Source: Candidatus Bathyarchaeota archaeon (lineage in GTDB: Archaea > Thermoproteota > Bathyarchaeia > Bathyarchaeales > Bathycorpusculaceae). From it: DNA of 64,000 nt. Below the pieces are notes generated by a model, which was not told where the DNA came from, made no database searches, and was given only the letters and a program-made list of their open reading frames with translations. Position 1 is the stretch's first letter. Each line of letters begins with the position of its first letter. The stretch spans positions 64,001-128,000 of the forward strand of contig CAVYXJ010000005.1 of the NCBI GenBank assembly GCA_963772455.1. The letters are read 5' to 3'. Shown piece after piece: positions 8,241-18,760 of the stretch. Position numbers and translations under genes: made by a program.

Positions 8241-11042
8241 TACTCACCTGACTTTTCAGTTCCTCCGATGTGTAATTCGCCCTCGGGAACGACACCAGTA
8301 TAGAGTGAGTTAATAATTTTTGTGTATTTTTGGGAAATAACATTGCGTTTTAGCTTTAGAGTAGGTGTCAATTCACCGTTTTCGATGCTTAAGTTGTTAG
8401 GGAGAATTGCCCATTTCTTTATTTTTTCAGGGTTAGAAAGACGCTTATTCATTTCTTCCATAGCTCTATCAATGCATTCAAGTGTCGTTTGGTCGTAGTG
8501 TTTTTTGTCAACCCATGCAAGAGCTGAGCAATAGGGCTTTGATTCACCTATTAGAATGGCTTCTGCAACATTAGGCAGTTCTCTTATCATGCCTTCGATT
8601 TTTCCAGAATAGATACATTTACCATAAGAGGTTTTAATCAGTTCTTTCTTACGACCAAAAATAATTAAGCTTCCTTCATCGGTTAATTTGCCGATGTCAC
8701 CAGTCATTAACCAACCTTCTTTTAATGGTGGCTCAAGGGTTTTATCAAAATAACCAACAGTCACCTGAGGACCCTTTACCATTATTTCTCCGTCTTCTGC
8801 TATCTTTACTTCTGTATATGGCATTGGTTCCCCTACTGTTCCAATTCTGTTTCTTCCCAGTTGATTTATAGTAGCCAAAGGAGCTTCAGTCATTCCATAT
8901 GCGTTGTGGATTTCTATTCCGAGTTCACGATATTTTTTTAGAAGGTCTTCGTCGGAGTTTGCTGAACCAGCTATCAGTTGTGTGCATTTGTTCAAGCCTG
9001 CACGTTTTAGGGTCATGTTTCGTAAAATTTTCCGGATTGATCTTTTGACTATAGCGTTGTTTGTTTTAATGTAGAATCTTCCGAACGAGTTCTTTTCCAG
9101 GGCTTCCCATATTTTTTCATAAACACGTGGAACCGAAAAGAAAACGGTGGGTTTAACGCGTGGAAGTTCGCCTTGAAGTCTTCTGAAATCTTCTAAGTAG
9201 TAAATTTCTATTGGTGCTGGGATGTAATAGGGAGAGTAAGCCGCCAAAATTCCTTCAACTACATGTCCCATTGGCAAAAATGATAGATATTTTGAAAGGC
9301 GGTTTCTGCCTTGCCAAGAGGTTATTGACACTATCGATTCAGCCATATACCTGAGGTTTGCATGTGTAAAAATAACCCCTTTGGGTTTACCTGTTGTTCC
9401 AGAAGAGTACCTTAAAGTTGCTATGTCTCCAAAACCTATTGGAGCTTTAATTGGAACTTGATTATCTTTGCCTTTAGCAAGGAGTTCTTCCCAAGAAAGA
9501 ACATGGTCTACTGGTAGTTGAAGGAGCTGGCGCCCAGCAAATCGAAATGATTGGTACGTCTGTTGTGAGTTCTGGAATTCGAGCTAAAAGACTTGGCATA
9601 CCAATAAAGAAGAGTTTAGCTCCACTTGATTTCAAAACATCATTTACATCTGAGGGCGGAGTGGTATAGTAGAGTGGAACACTAACACCTCCAACAAGCC
9701 CAATTGCAATGTCCAATGCAAAGTATCTGGAACTATTTAGGCCTGTTAAAGCCACTCTATCACCTGACATAATTCCAAGAGCTTTTAATGCACCACTTAT
9801 AGCTAAAATTTCCTTGTGCATTTCTTGGGCCGTTTTCTTTTGGATTCTGCCCTCGATTAAGTCAAAGTAGGTGATTGAGTGGCTTTTGCTATTTAGTCTG
9901 AAAAGAACTTGTTCGTGTACTGTGCGATTCGAGCGGTGGAAGAAGCTATTATATACGGCGTATTCAAGAAGTTTTGGCATTATTTCTTTCCATTTGAAAT
10001 TGTATTTTCCAAGAAGATTATCCATGTTATCTCGATTGAATTGGCGGTTCTCGCTAAAATATGGAGAAAGGGAAATTAGGGCATCTGAAACCTTTCGGTT
10101 TCCAGTGAATGCGCGTTGAAGCTTTAGAACAGTTTTCATTGAAGAAGGTGACATAGGTAAATACATTGGGTTTGGAAGTTTACATAATAATTCAGTCTTT
10201 GCCCATTTTTGAGCTAAATCCAATAGTTCTCCGAGCTTTGGAAGTGAATCGTAGGGTGCTACTATATGGAAGGTCATTCCTTGTGCTTTGGGTTCAAAGG
10301 TGAGTTGCGCTATAGACATTGCCACATAATCAACAGGAACTATGTTAATTCTTAATGATCTACTTACCGGCATCAATCGCATTTTACCCGTTAAATATAG
10401 CCGTAATGGGAAGTAGAATGTGTTAAATGTCTTAATAGCGCCTGTTTGAGAATCGCCAACGACCATTGATGGGCGAAAGATTGAAATTGGAAACTCATTT
10501 TTCATCGACTGAACTATTAGTTCTCCCTCGTATTTGCTGCGTTCGTAATTGGTTAAGAACCCTAATTTGTCAGTTAACTCTGATTCAGCGATGATTCCAG
10601 TTCTGGCTCCAGCTACATAAGCAGTGGAAATGTAAGAAAATCGTTCCAAAGAATGATTCTTGTTGGCTTCTTTGGCTAACTCCAGAACGTTCACAGTTCC
10701 TTGGACATTAGTTTTCCTAAGTTCCTCTAATGAAACAAAACGCCAATCCGCTGCAGTATGTATGATGTGAGTTACCTTTGATGCAAGATCAAGGTAGGTG
10801 GTCTCGCTTAAGCCCAAACGGCTAGAGCTAACATCGCCGTAAACAACTTCAATTCTTGTTCCAATTGCACCATTTAGTTCGGGCCAATCCCACCAATCCC
10901 GTTCGACTTTCTTTACATCTACATCTGAGTCATTTGTTCTGACTAACGCTAGAATAGTTAAGTCAGTATTTTGCAAGAGATAGCGAACTATTTGTGTTGC
11001 AATGAAGCCGTTGGCGCCTGTAACCAACACGGTTTTTTTCAT
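8240..11042 (-). CDS. fused thioester/acyl-CoA reductase (extended SDR, FAR-like) + AMP-dependent acyl-CoA synthetase, frameshifted near 9500
   Basis: N-part has TGANGFIA, HTAAD, ISTAYVAG and YERSK. The AMP-binding motif YSSGTTGKPKG lies at ~9377-9409 in the frame of ORF 8240..9346 (AYGMTE, TGDIG, GRKKELI, LTPTLKLKR). A one-base correction gives 933 aa. Confidence 0.85.
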
Positions 11043-12265
11043 TCAAGCCACTCCGGGTAATGTGTTTCAATAAAGGCTCTGAATAATTGTAAATTACAAG
11101 TCTCGCGTTCTCGGTATTGCTCAAATCCTTTCTTAAGTTTATCCTTAACTGAATCGTAATGGTCGAAAATGTCGCCAACATCGTTACTAAGTTCCCAGAA
11201 TCTGAGTGGATCTTCATGATCAGTGAATAGCTCACTTATCTCTAAATCAGCATAGAGATCTCTAATTCTAAGGTCATGCCCTATTGCAGTCTGAGGAACA
11301 TAATTCGGAAGAGAAAGCACTGCTGCATGGTATCTTGAAGTAATTAACAACTCCAAACTTCTGAGTATGCTAGTCATTTGTGAAGCATTATATTCTATTG
11401 AAGTGAATATTTTTGTCCGTTCAGGGTGCTTCATTAATCCTTGAACTTTATTAACGAAGCTTTTGTCCAAGCCCTCCAAGCTTAAAAGTGCAATATCTTT
11501 GTCGTGCTCCATTATGATATCGTCAGCTTGCACGGCCAAAACTTTTGCGAGAACGTCACTTTTTTCAAGACTCGCCTTAGAATGCGTATAGTAGTACGGC
11601 CATCTATAACAGTATTTTTTTCGATCCCAAAGTCTAATGTGAACAGGCCAAACATAAATGTCCTCAGCTGCAACCCCAACGACGTGAGATGCTTCTGGCC
11701 AAACTCGTTTAAGTAAGCCATTATCTTGAGGGTTTGGTTGAAATGCGAAAGCATTGTCGGCTGTAACTTCAATCGGAGCGGTTACACCCCATTTTTTAAG
11801 TCGTTCAGCAGCCGACTTGGTTCTTGCCAAAATAAGGTCAGTTTTACTCGCTTCACGTCGAATCAGCCAACTATTAAAATGACTAGCTGACCCTGCATCT
11901 ACCGAGTAAGCTATGCAAGGTTTCTTCATTGAGTGAGCATATCTGGTTGCGAGCAAGTAATACCAAAGAAGGGCTGAGCCCCAGGTATCCATATAGCAGC
12001 TTCCTTCAACAAGCATGATTAAATCGTTTTCTTTTACAAATTTTCTAATATCTAAAAAGAAAAGGGAAGGTCTGATAGATTTAATTTTGAGAGATGGGCT
12101 TTCTTTGAGGTATCTTCTAAGGTTAACTTCATTTAAGGAAGGAACTGTAATGCAGGCATCAGGTCCAAGAACGGAACGTATCTCATCAATAATTACTAGA
12201 AGTTTTGCTTCTGCCCCAGTATTATTCGCACCATTATAGCCTACAAGTAAGATCTTCGGTTTCAA
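11039..12265 (-). CDS. polysaccharide pyruvyl transferase family (GT-B fold) protein
   Basis: GYNGANNTGAEA N-terminal motif, ARTKSAAERL, TADNAF and ITSRYHAAVLSL; its TGA overlaps the next ATG (ATGA). Confidence 0.8.
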   Translation of the reverse strand: MKPKILLVGYNGANNTGAEAKLLVIIDEIRSVLGPDACITVPSLNEVNLRRYLKESPSLKIKSIRPSLFFLDIRKFVKENDLIMLVEGSCYMDTWGSALLWYYLLATRYAHSMKKPCIAYSVDAGSASHFNSWLIRREASKTDLILARTKSAAERLKKWGVTAPIEVTADNAFAFQPNPQDNGLLKRVWPEASHVVGVAAEDIYVWPVHIRLWDRKKYCYRWPYYYTHSKASLEKSDVLAKVLAVQADDIIMEHDKDIALLSLEGLDKSFVNKVQGLMKHPERTKIFTSIEYNASQMTSILRSLELLITSRYHAAVLSLPNYVPQTAIGHDLRIRDLYADLEISELFTDHEDPLRFWELSNDVGDIFDHYDSVKDKLKKGFEQYRERETCNLQLFRAFIETHYPEWLE

Positions 12266-12571
12266 AGTAATCGGTTACAAAATACGCAGGCATATACTAT
12301 TTAATTTTAACTTAAAAAAATTGGAATAGCTTTTAGAACTATCGCTTTCAATAATGATATCAGTCAATTTCTTAGTAGAATAAGCAGAAGATTTCGATAT
12401 TCATAGTCATACCATAAAGAATGCAAGAGTAGCCAAGTTAGCAAAAAGTAACTTTACGTTCTCTTTTTGTAATCCTCTCCATAAGCAACCACCGATGGAG
12501 AGTACAAATAACCGAAAGACAGTTAAGCAATTGCAGCCCTGAAATTGTCTAATATAATACATTGAGCTCTA

Positions 12572-13773
12572 TTGGAGTTTAAGAAAATGACAGGACCAGA
12601 ACAAACTGACACATCATCGCAAACTAGTTTCTCTGCATCACCAGCAGCTCCCAGTGCGCCTTTAGAACTTATGCAGAAACGATGGTTCTGCATGGGCATA
12701 GAGCCTTCGGGAAAAACCTTTAAACATGAAGCTGAATCTTCGGCAACCCTTCTGGAAAAAATAAATCAATCGATGGTTACGTGGGTAGATTACATCACTG
12801 ATAATCCAATGAAAGATCTTCCTGCTGTGGCGGCTCAAATGGGTTTCAGTGAATCTTTTATTTCCAATCTTTCTTGTTGTGAACAACTAAATTATGAAGA
12901 CTTTGACAATGAGATGTGGATGAGTTTTCCCTCGGTACAGATCCGTGGAACGGAGGTTAAAGCACATCCGTTGCTTATTTTAATCAAAAAGAACATGGTT
13001 TTTACTCTGCACATGCGTTTGGTTGACAAAAGATTCATCCGACTACGAAGATACTCTGAAGCGATTCTTAGAAAAATACCCATCGACGCTAATCCAGAAG
13101 ACAAACTGACAATTCTCTTATCACGGATAATTGATGCAAACAACGACAGCAATTTTAGACATCTTCGAGTGATAGAAGAATTCGGAGACGAATTAAACAA
13201 GGATTTAATGAATCAAGATACTGACAAAGCCCAATTGGGTCCAAAAATATACATAATGAAGCATGCCCTCATCATTTACATGAACGCTCTCTGGGAAAGC
13301 GTTGACGTACTTCAAGCTATTCGATATGGGGATGCTCAACTGCTAACAGATGACCAAAAAATTGTGAACCTCTTCAGCGCGATGGTGGAGCAAGTTAAGA
13401 GCCAGATTGGATTATCAGAACACATGTCTGAGGTTTTGGCTTCAGGAATAGAAGCTACCCAAGCAATATACAATAACCAGTTAACAACAGCAAATAATCA
13501 ATTAACATATCGAACAATCAATTGACTATTCTCAATAACCGTTTTGCTAAACTTGCAGCTTACCTCACAATAGTAGGCACAGCACTTTTGATACCTAACA
13601 CCATTGCAACTATTCTGGGCAACTCTGTTTGGGTGTATGGACCAGAAAGTCTGGGGGTGTACTTGCTTTTAATGATTGGCACTACTTTAGCTGGAAGCAT
13701 CTTTATGTGGTATTGGATAAGCAAGAAAGGTCTATTGCCGCAAGACAAAGAGATCTGCACTGAACAATCATAG
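12572..13773 (+). CDS. corA: CorA-family divalent cation channel, frameshifted at ~13507
   Basis: Cytoplasmic funnel domain in ORF 12572..13525 and two C-terminal TM helices in 13522..13773; one base is missing in the second of three 21-nt repeats. Confidence 0.75.
13472..13539 (+). repeat. imperfect 21-bp coding tandem repeat (NNQLTxx x3) within corA
   Basis: aataaccagttaacaacagca / aataatcaattaaca-tatcg / aacaatcaattgactattctc / aataac. Confidence 0.8.
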
Positions 13774-14070
13774 CCACCATTTTAACTTCATTTTGACTTA
13801 AAACTCAAATTAGATCGAGGTTTGAAATCTCATTGAACAAATTCTGTGGTCTAACAAAATCACTTCCTTCTCTATTATTTTATCTATACAATTTATATGA
13901 AATCAAATATTCATAAAAATTGTATTAGTAAAAAGTTAGTGCGCGAATAACAGAAGAAAAATTTTGCAATCTATTAAATAGAGTTTGAGTAAACCTTGAA
14001 TAATTTGATTCCACCTTTAAGTGCAAAAATATTATAATCTCAAAAGCTAATGCTACTTGAGTAAAGAAAA

Positions 14071-16014
14071 ATGGGTAATCACATATTCGGTTTTGTTCTC
14101 ATAGCATTTTTTCTTAGCGCTATAATCATATCAAGTGATGTTTGTGTTTTTCCAGTTAACGCCTTAACTTATGGACCGCTTTCTGGAGGTAATTCAAATT
14201 TTGGAGGAGTAGCTGATGATGCTGGTTTTTCAATCAAACTGACACGGGATACTGGTTTGATTTTTGCTGGATACACAAAGTCATTTGGCAATGGTGGCTC
14301 AGATCTCTGGTTACTCAAAACTGGTTTGTCCCCGTATACAATGCAAAATGGAGTTACAGGAGCATTCCAGAGGGAACAATGGAATGTAACTTTCGGCGGG
14401 GCTCAAGATGACGGCGCATACTCGGTTATTCAAACAGCTGATGGCGGGTACGCTGTGGCAGGGTTTACTTATTCATATGGTGCAGGCGGAAGTGACGCTT
14501 GGCTAGTTAAAACAGCAGCTGATGGTACTCTTCAGTGGACAAAAACTTTCGGAGGTCCATATAACGACGCCGCAAACTGCATCCTACAAACCAACGATGC
14601 AGGTTACTTGATAGTTGGTTATACTTCTGATGTTTCAAAACAAAGCACATGGGCAATAAAAACAGACTCCACAGGAACAATTGAATGGACTAAAACTTTC
14701 TCTGGAAAAGCAGCAAATTCAGTTATCGCCACCAGAGATGGAGGAAACGCCTTTGCCGTAGAATATGACGATTCTTTTGGGCTAATAAAAATCAACTCTT
14801 CAGGCGATGAGCTAATAAATATGAAATATGAACCTTCAGCCTTCAAAACGGCATCCGCCCAAAGCCTAGTTGAAGCCAACGATGGAGGCTACATAATTAT
14901 TGGCTGGATAAATTCCAACGACTCAAGCATACACTATACTTGGATGGTAAAGACTAATTCATCAGGAGAATTACAATGGAGTAAAACTCTCTCTGACCTT
15001 GGAGCCGCTGACATCATTAAAATAGCCAACGGCGGCTATGCATTGACTGGCGACCGTGCATTCTTAATCTTAACTGATGCAGAAGGTAACATCGAATGGA
15101 ACAAGATTAATGACGGAAACCCCTCAAACGATACCCGATACGCAACTTTATACCCAACTAACATGCAATCAATAATTGAAGCCAGCCCTAACCATTTTGT
15201 AATGACAGGCTCTGAAAATGGCGGCGAATATGTTAAAATACAGGTAAGCTGGGTTCAAGTCGCACTTAAATCAGGTGAGCAAACCTACCCACCCCAAACA
15301 ACCATTCTCTCACCAACCAACACAATTTATAACCAGAGAAATTTACCCTTAACATTTTATGTTAACGAATCAACAAAATATCTAGCCTACAACTTAAATG
15401 GTTTAACCAATAAAACGATTAATGGAAACATGACTTTAACAAATTTGCCAAATGGTGATTATTCAATAAGGGTTTACGCGACTGACCAAGACCTCAACCA
15501 TGCCGTATCACAAACTGTCCTTTTCACGATAAAAAGCACTGAGCCTTACACAGTTCCTTTAGTAACAATAGAGTCGCCCAAAAACCAGATCTATAATACA
15601 ACCCAGATAACCTTGACTTTCTCTGTGGATCAAGAAGTTGCATGGACTGCTTTTAGCTTAGATGGCCACGTCAATCAAACAACATTTCCCAATAATAACA
15701 TGTCATTTTTTGCAGCTAATGGCGAACATACCTTGACTGTTTATGCAGGACAAAGACAGGATGCAGCAGGATCAGCAACTATTAACTTCACCGTTAACGC
15801 TCCACAACCAACCATACGGAGCCAACCTTATCCACCAGTAAACTCTCAAACGCAAGAAGAGATTAATGCCTTTCTCGGAAGTATTTTGGGCGTCTTTTCG
15901 TCTTCAACATTTCTTATTGTTGCATCAGTGTTTCTAGTTGCAGCCATTTGCCTTATTATTGCCTTATTATTGATTGCGAAAAGGATGACTAAGAAAGAGC
16001 CAAATCAAGCATAA
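14071..16014 (+). CDS. secreted, membrane-anchored surface protein (beta-propeller-like repeats + 2 Ig-like domains)
   Basis: N-terminal hydrophobic signal, repeats of GGxxDDxAxSxxQTxDGGY...DxWLxKT...G..W, two PxxTIxSPxNxxY Ig-like modules, and a C-terminal TM helix with basic tail. Confidence 0.8.
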   Translation: MGNHIFGFVLIAFFLSAIIISSDVCVFPVNALTYGPLSGGNSNFGGVADDAGFSIKLTRDTGLIFAGYTKSFGNGGSDLWLLKTGLSPYTMQNGVTGAFQREQWNVTFGGAQDDGAYSVIQTADGGYAVAGFTYSYGAGGSDAWLVKTAADGTLQWTKTFGGPYNDAANCILQTNDAGYLIVGYTSDVSKQSTWAIKTDSTGTIEWTKTFSGKAANSVIATRDGGNAFAVEYDDSFGLIKINSSGDELINMKYEPSAFKTASAQSLVEANDGGYIIIGWINSNDSSIHYTWMVKTNSSGELQWSKTLSDLGAADIIKIANGGYALTGDRAFLILTDAEGNIEWNKINDGNPSNDTRYATLYPTNMQSIIEASPNHFVMTGSENGGEYVKIQVSWVQVALKSGEQTYPPQTTILSPTNTIYNQRNLPLTFYVNESTKYLAYNLNGLTNKTINGNMTLTNLPNGDYSIRVYATDQDLNHAVSQTVLFTIKSTEPYTVPLVTIESPKNQIYNTTQITLTFSVDQEVAWTAFSLDGHVNQTTFPNNNMSFFAANGEHTLTVYAGQRQDAAGSATINFTVNAPQPTIRSQPYPPVNSQTQEEINAFLGSILGVFSSSTFLIVASVFLVAAICLIIALLLIAKRMTKKEPNQA

Positions 16015-16114
16015 CACAGGAAATAATAATTATTTAGCGTATAACACTATATCTTTGAAATATTAGTCGCAGATAATTAATCCAATTAAATTAAAGAAGG
16101 ATTGGTAGGAAAAT

Positions 16115-16531
16115 ATGTTGAAAACTATTCCATTTCTTTTATTTGATGGCAACTGTGCAGAAGCAATGAACTTTTACCATAAATGCATAGGAGGAGAATT
16201 ATCATTGACAAAACTTGGAGATAGTCCCATGAAAGACATGCTTCCGCCAGAAAAACACAACAGAATTATCAATGCACACCTCAAAAACGGTGATATCGAA
16301 ATATCAGCCACCGACTGGATGGCATCCCCAGCGCTTAATCCAATAAAAGGAAACACCTTTGCCATATTTTTAACAGGCAAAACCACTGATGAATTATACG
16401 TGATATTTGACAAGCTGGCAGAGGGGGCAGACAAAAAATGGTTCCAAAAATTACATGATATGCCAATAGGAGTCTATGGGCAATTTTTTGATAAGTATGG
16501 CATTCAATGGATTTTTTTAGGAGCAAAATAG
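16115..16531 (+). CDS. VOC family protein (PhnB/glyoxalase-like)
   Basis: PFLLFDGNCAEAMNFY...FFDKYGIQW signature. Confidence 0.88.
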   Translation: MLKTIPFLLFDGNCAEAMNFYHKCIGGELSLTKLGDSPMKDMLPPEKHNRIINAHLKNGDIEISATDWMASPALNPIKGNTFAIFLTGKTTDELYVIFDKLAEGADKKWFQKLHDMPIGVYGQFFDKYGIQWIFLGAK

Positions 16532-16612
16532 ATAATTTTAGCAAATGTCTGCTCAAATCCATGGCAAGCATTTCAGTACTGCCTTCAGAATACTTGGACA
16601 ACCCAATGATAG

Positions 16613-17323
16613 TTAGGGAAGCAGCTTTTCTCTGCGAATCAAGCGACCAATAGATAGCAACAGCGCTGATGAAGCAAGCAAAACAACTGCGGCAATAGTT
16701 AAATCAACAACTATGGCATAGCTTGGAAACACAATTGGAAGTATTAGAGCGGGAAACATTGGGAAAATGCCTACTATTACGCCTAATGGCTGGTTTGCGC
16801 CCATAGGTGTTCTCTGAAGGGAACTAAAAGCTATCATGCAGACACTCACGAGAAAAACTTCTGAGATACCGATTCCAAATGTTAGGACAGCGATACTTGC
16901 CAACACGGCCAGACTGGTTCCTAAAAGAACGCCCACAACTGTGTTTAATATTATTGCAAAAACTAGCAAGTACGTTGCAAGAACTAATGAGGCTTTTATG
17001 TAGCCTTTGAAAACGTCCAATTGGTCAAGTCCAGTTGAGAGGAGATATTCTAAGACACCGTTGTTTTTGTCATATACATAGAGCATGATTACTGGCATTG
17101 CAAATAGAACAGTTGAAAGAGACAGCAAAGCTATTGAGAGAAGTGGAAAATTGCTTGTTAAGTCAATAGGTACAGGCGAATTCACTTCGGGGGGGATTAT
17201 TGAGGGAATTATTGTCATAAGATTTGCGAGAATCACGCCATAAACAGTTGTAATTAAGCCAATGAAAATATAACTTCTACTAAGACGAATGCTTCTCTTC
17301 ATCGTAACTTGCCAAAAACTCAC
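16613..17323 (-). CDS. ABC-2 type exporter permease
   Basis: About 6 TM segments and a DKNNGVLEYLLSTG motif; directly downstream of the ABC ATPase. Confidence 0.8.
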   Translation of the reverse strand: MSFWQVTMKRSIRLSRSYIFIGLITTVYGVILANLMTIIPSIIPPEVNSPVPIDLTSNFPLLSIALLSLSTVLFAMPVIMLYVYDKNNGVLEYLLSTGLDQLDVFKGYIKASLVLATYLLVFAIILNTVVGVLLGTSLAVLASIAVLTFGIGISEVFLVSVCMIAFSSLQRTPMGANQPLGVIVGIFPMFPALILPIVFPSYAIVVDLTIAAVVLLASSALLLSIGRLIRREKLLP

Positions 17324-17325
17324 AT

Positions 17326-18174
17326 TTATCCCTCCTCAAAGAACTCCTGCAATGGATTATCCAATTCACGAATCTCAATTATTTTAGCGCCCTCCGCTAC
17401 AATTCTATTAACAATCTCAGCAACTTCCTCTGAACTTTGAACAGTAACTACGAAATATCCATTTTCAAGCTTGGATTTAGGAAGCATCTTTGATAAATCA
17501 TTTAGAGCCTTGAAACCAACACGATACTGCCTGGTCTTAACATTTTCTATTTTATCAAAAAAAGTTAAGACACCATTCTTTATCACGATTAGATAGGTGC
17601 CGATTTCTCTTGCTTCATAAAGATTATGAGAAGAATATAGAACAAACTTGTTCTTGCTTAAATCAGTTAGCAATTGTCTTATTTCTTTGGAGATTTTTGG
17701 ATCCACATTCGAAGTCGGCTCATCTAAAAGGTACAGATCTCTTTCCCTCAGAAAGATCTTGCCAACAGAAACCCTCTTTTTCTGTCCTTGTGACAAAGAA
17801 ACAAATTTTTTATCGCGAAGACCTTCGAGATTTAAAATGTCAATGACATGCTCAACATCTCCACCTTCGATATCCGCATAATACTTCAAGGCGTTGTAGA
17901 CAGTCATTTCTTCTGGAAGTGCATTCAAATGAGAAAGATAAGCTACCTTCTTCCTAGCTTCTTTAGAATTAAACAGATCAGACTCATCTAGCCTGACTTG
18001 ACCAGAAAAAGGCTTTAAAATACCACAAATTGCCCTAAAAAGAGTAGTTTTTCCAGCTCCATTAGGACCCAACACAACGTAGATTGACGGTTCAGTCAAC
18101 TTTAGATTAATTTTATGAATTATTTCTTCTAGACCATACCCAGCACTAAGATCCTGAAGCTCTAGCTGCCGCAT
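17326..18174 (-). CDS. ABC transporter ATP-binding protein
   Basis: GPNGAGKTT, LSQGQ, LLDEPT and SSH motifs. Confidence 0.93.
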   Translation of the reverse strand: MRQLELQDLSAGYGLEEIIHKINLKLTEPSIYVVLGPNGAGKTTLFRAICGILKPFSGQVRLDESDLFNSKEARKKVAYLSHLNALPEEMTVYNALKYYADIEGGDVEHVIDILNLEGLRDKKFVSLSQGQKKRVSVGKIFLRERDLYLLDEPTSNVDPKISKEIRQLLTDLSKNKFVLYSSHNLYEAREIGTYLIVIKNGVLTFFDKIENVKTRQYRVGFKALNDLSKMLPKSKLENGYFVVTVQSSEEVAEIVNRIVAEGAKIIEIRELDNPLQEFFEEG

Positions 18175-18410
18175 TCTGAATTACCCTCTGCGATATCTAA
18201 TAATCATTTACTTTTAAGATCTTACCAAAGAATCGACATAATTTATGTTATTACTCAAAAAAATATGTAAGTGAGACCGTATTGAGTCCGTTTCTTTAGA
18301 ACAAAATTTGCATTTCAACTTAATGCCAGATAAATACAGTAAATTGCGGCATATCGCAATTAAAGCTCAACTAGTAAAAAATATATTCATATGTTAGGCG
18401 AATTGGGAAA

Positions 18411-18497
18411 TGGCGCGGGATGTGGGAATTGAACCCACGCGGCCTTTCGACCACGGACTTAGCAGGCCCGCCCCATACCAGGCTTGGGGAATCCCGC
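18411..18497 (-). tRNA. tRNA-Ser (anticodon GCT), long variable arm, CCA encoded
   Basis: Reverse complement folds as a cloverleaf: acceptor GCGGGAT/ATCCCGC, anticodon arm CGGGC-CTGCTAA-GTCCG, variable arm TGGTC-GAAA-GGCCG, T arm GTGGG-TTCAATT-CCCAC, discriminator G + CCA. Confidence 0.96.
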
Positions 18498-18760
18498 ACG
18501 CGCTCAAAACAATTTAGTTTGTGCCTATTTTGCCTGCATTCTGTAGACTGTAAGTATTCGGCTATTTTTTGTTTTCTATAAACCTCTTGTGTAATGATTC
18601 GAAAAATTAGATTTGGAAACGCCTACCAGTTTATTCTTAGGCCGTCAGTTTAAGAAATGGACTTTCGCATTAACTCTCCAATATAGTTTAAAAGGGTGAC
18701 CTTGTTAACTATTCTCTTGCAGATTTTCCTGCACTTATACAATGTCACAATGGTGGTCAA

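Noticed and set aside
9474-9540. Programmed frameshift between the reductase and ligase halves
   Set aside because: No slippery heptamer or obvious stimulatory structure; the break falls inside the ligase domain and neighbouring genes have similar indels.
18342-18361. aattgcg-N6-cgcaatt hairpin downstream of tRNA-Ser
   Set aside because: Could be a terminator or operator, but a single 7-bp stem is insufficient evidence.
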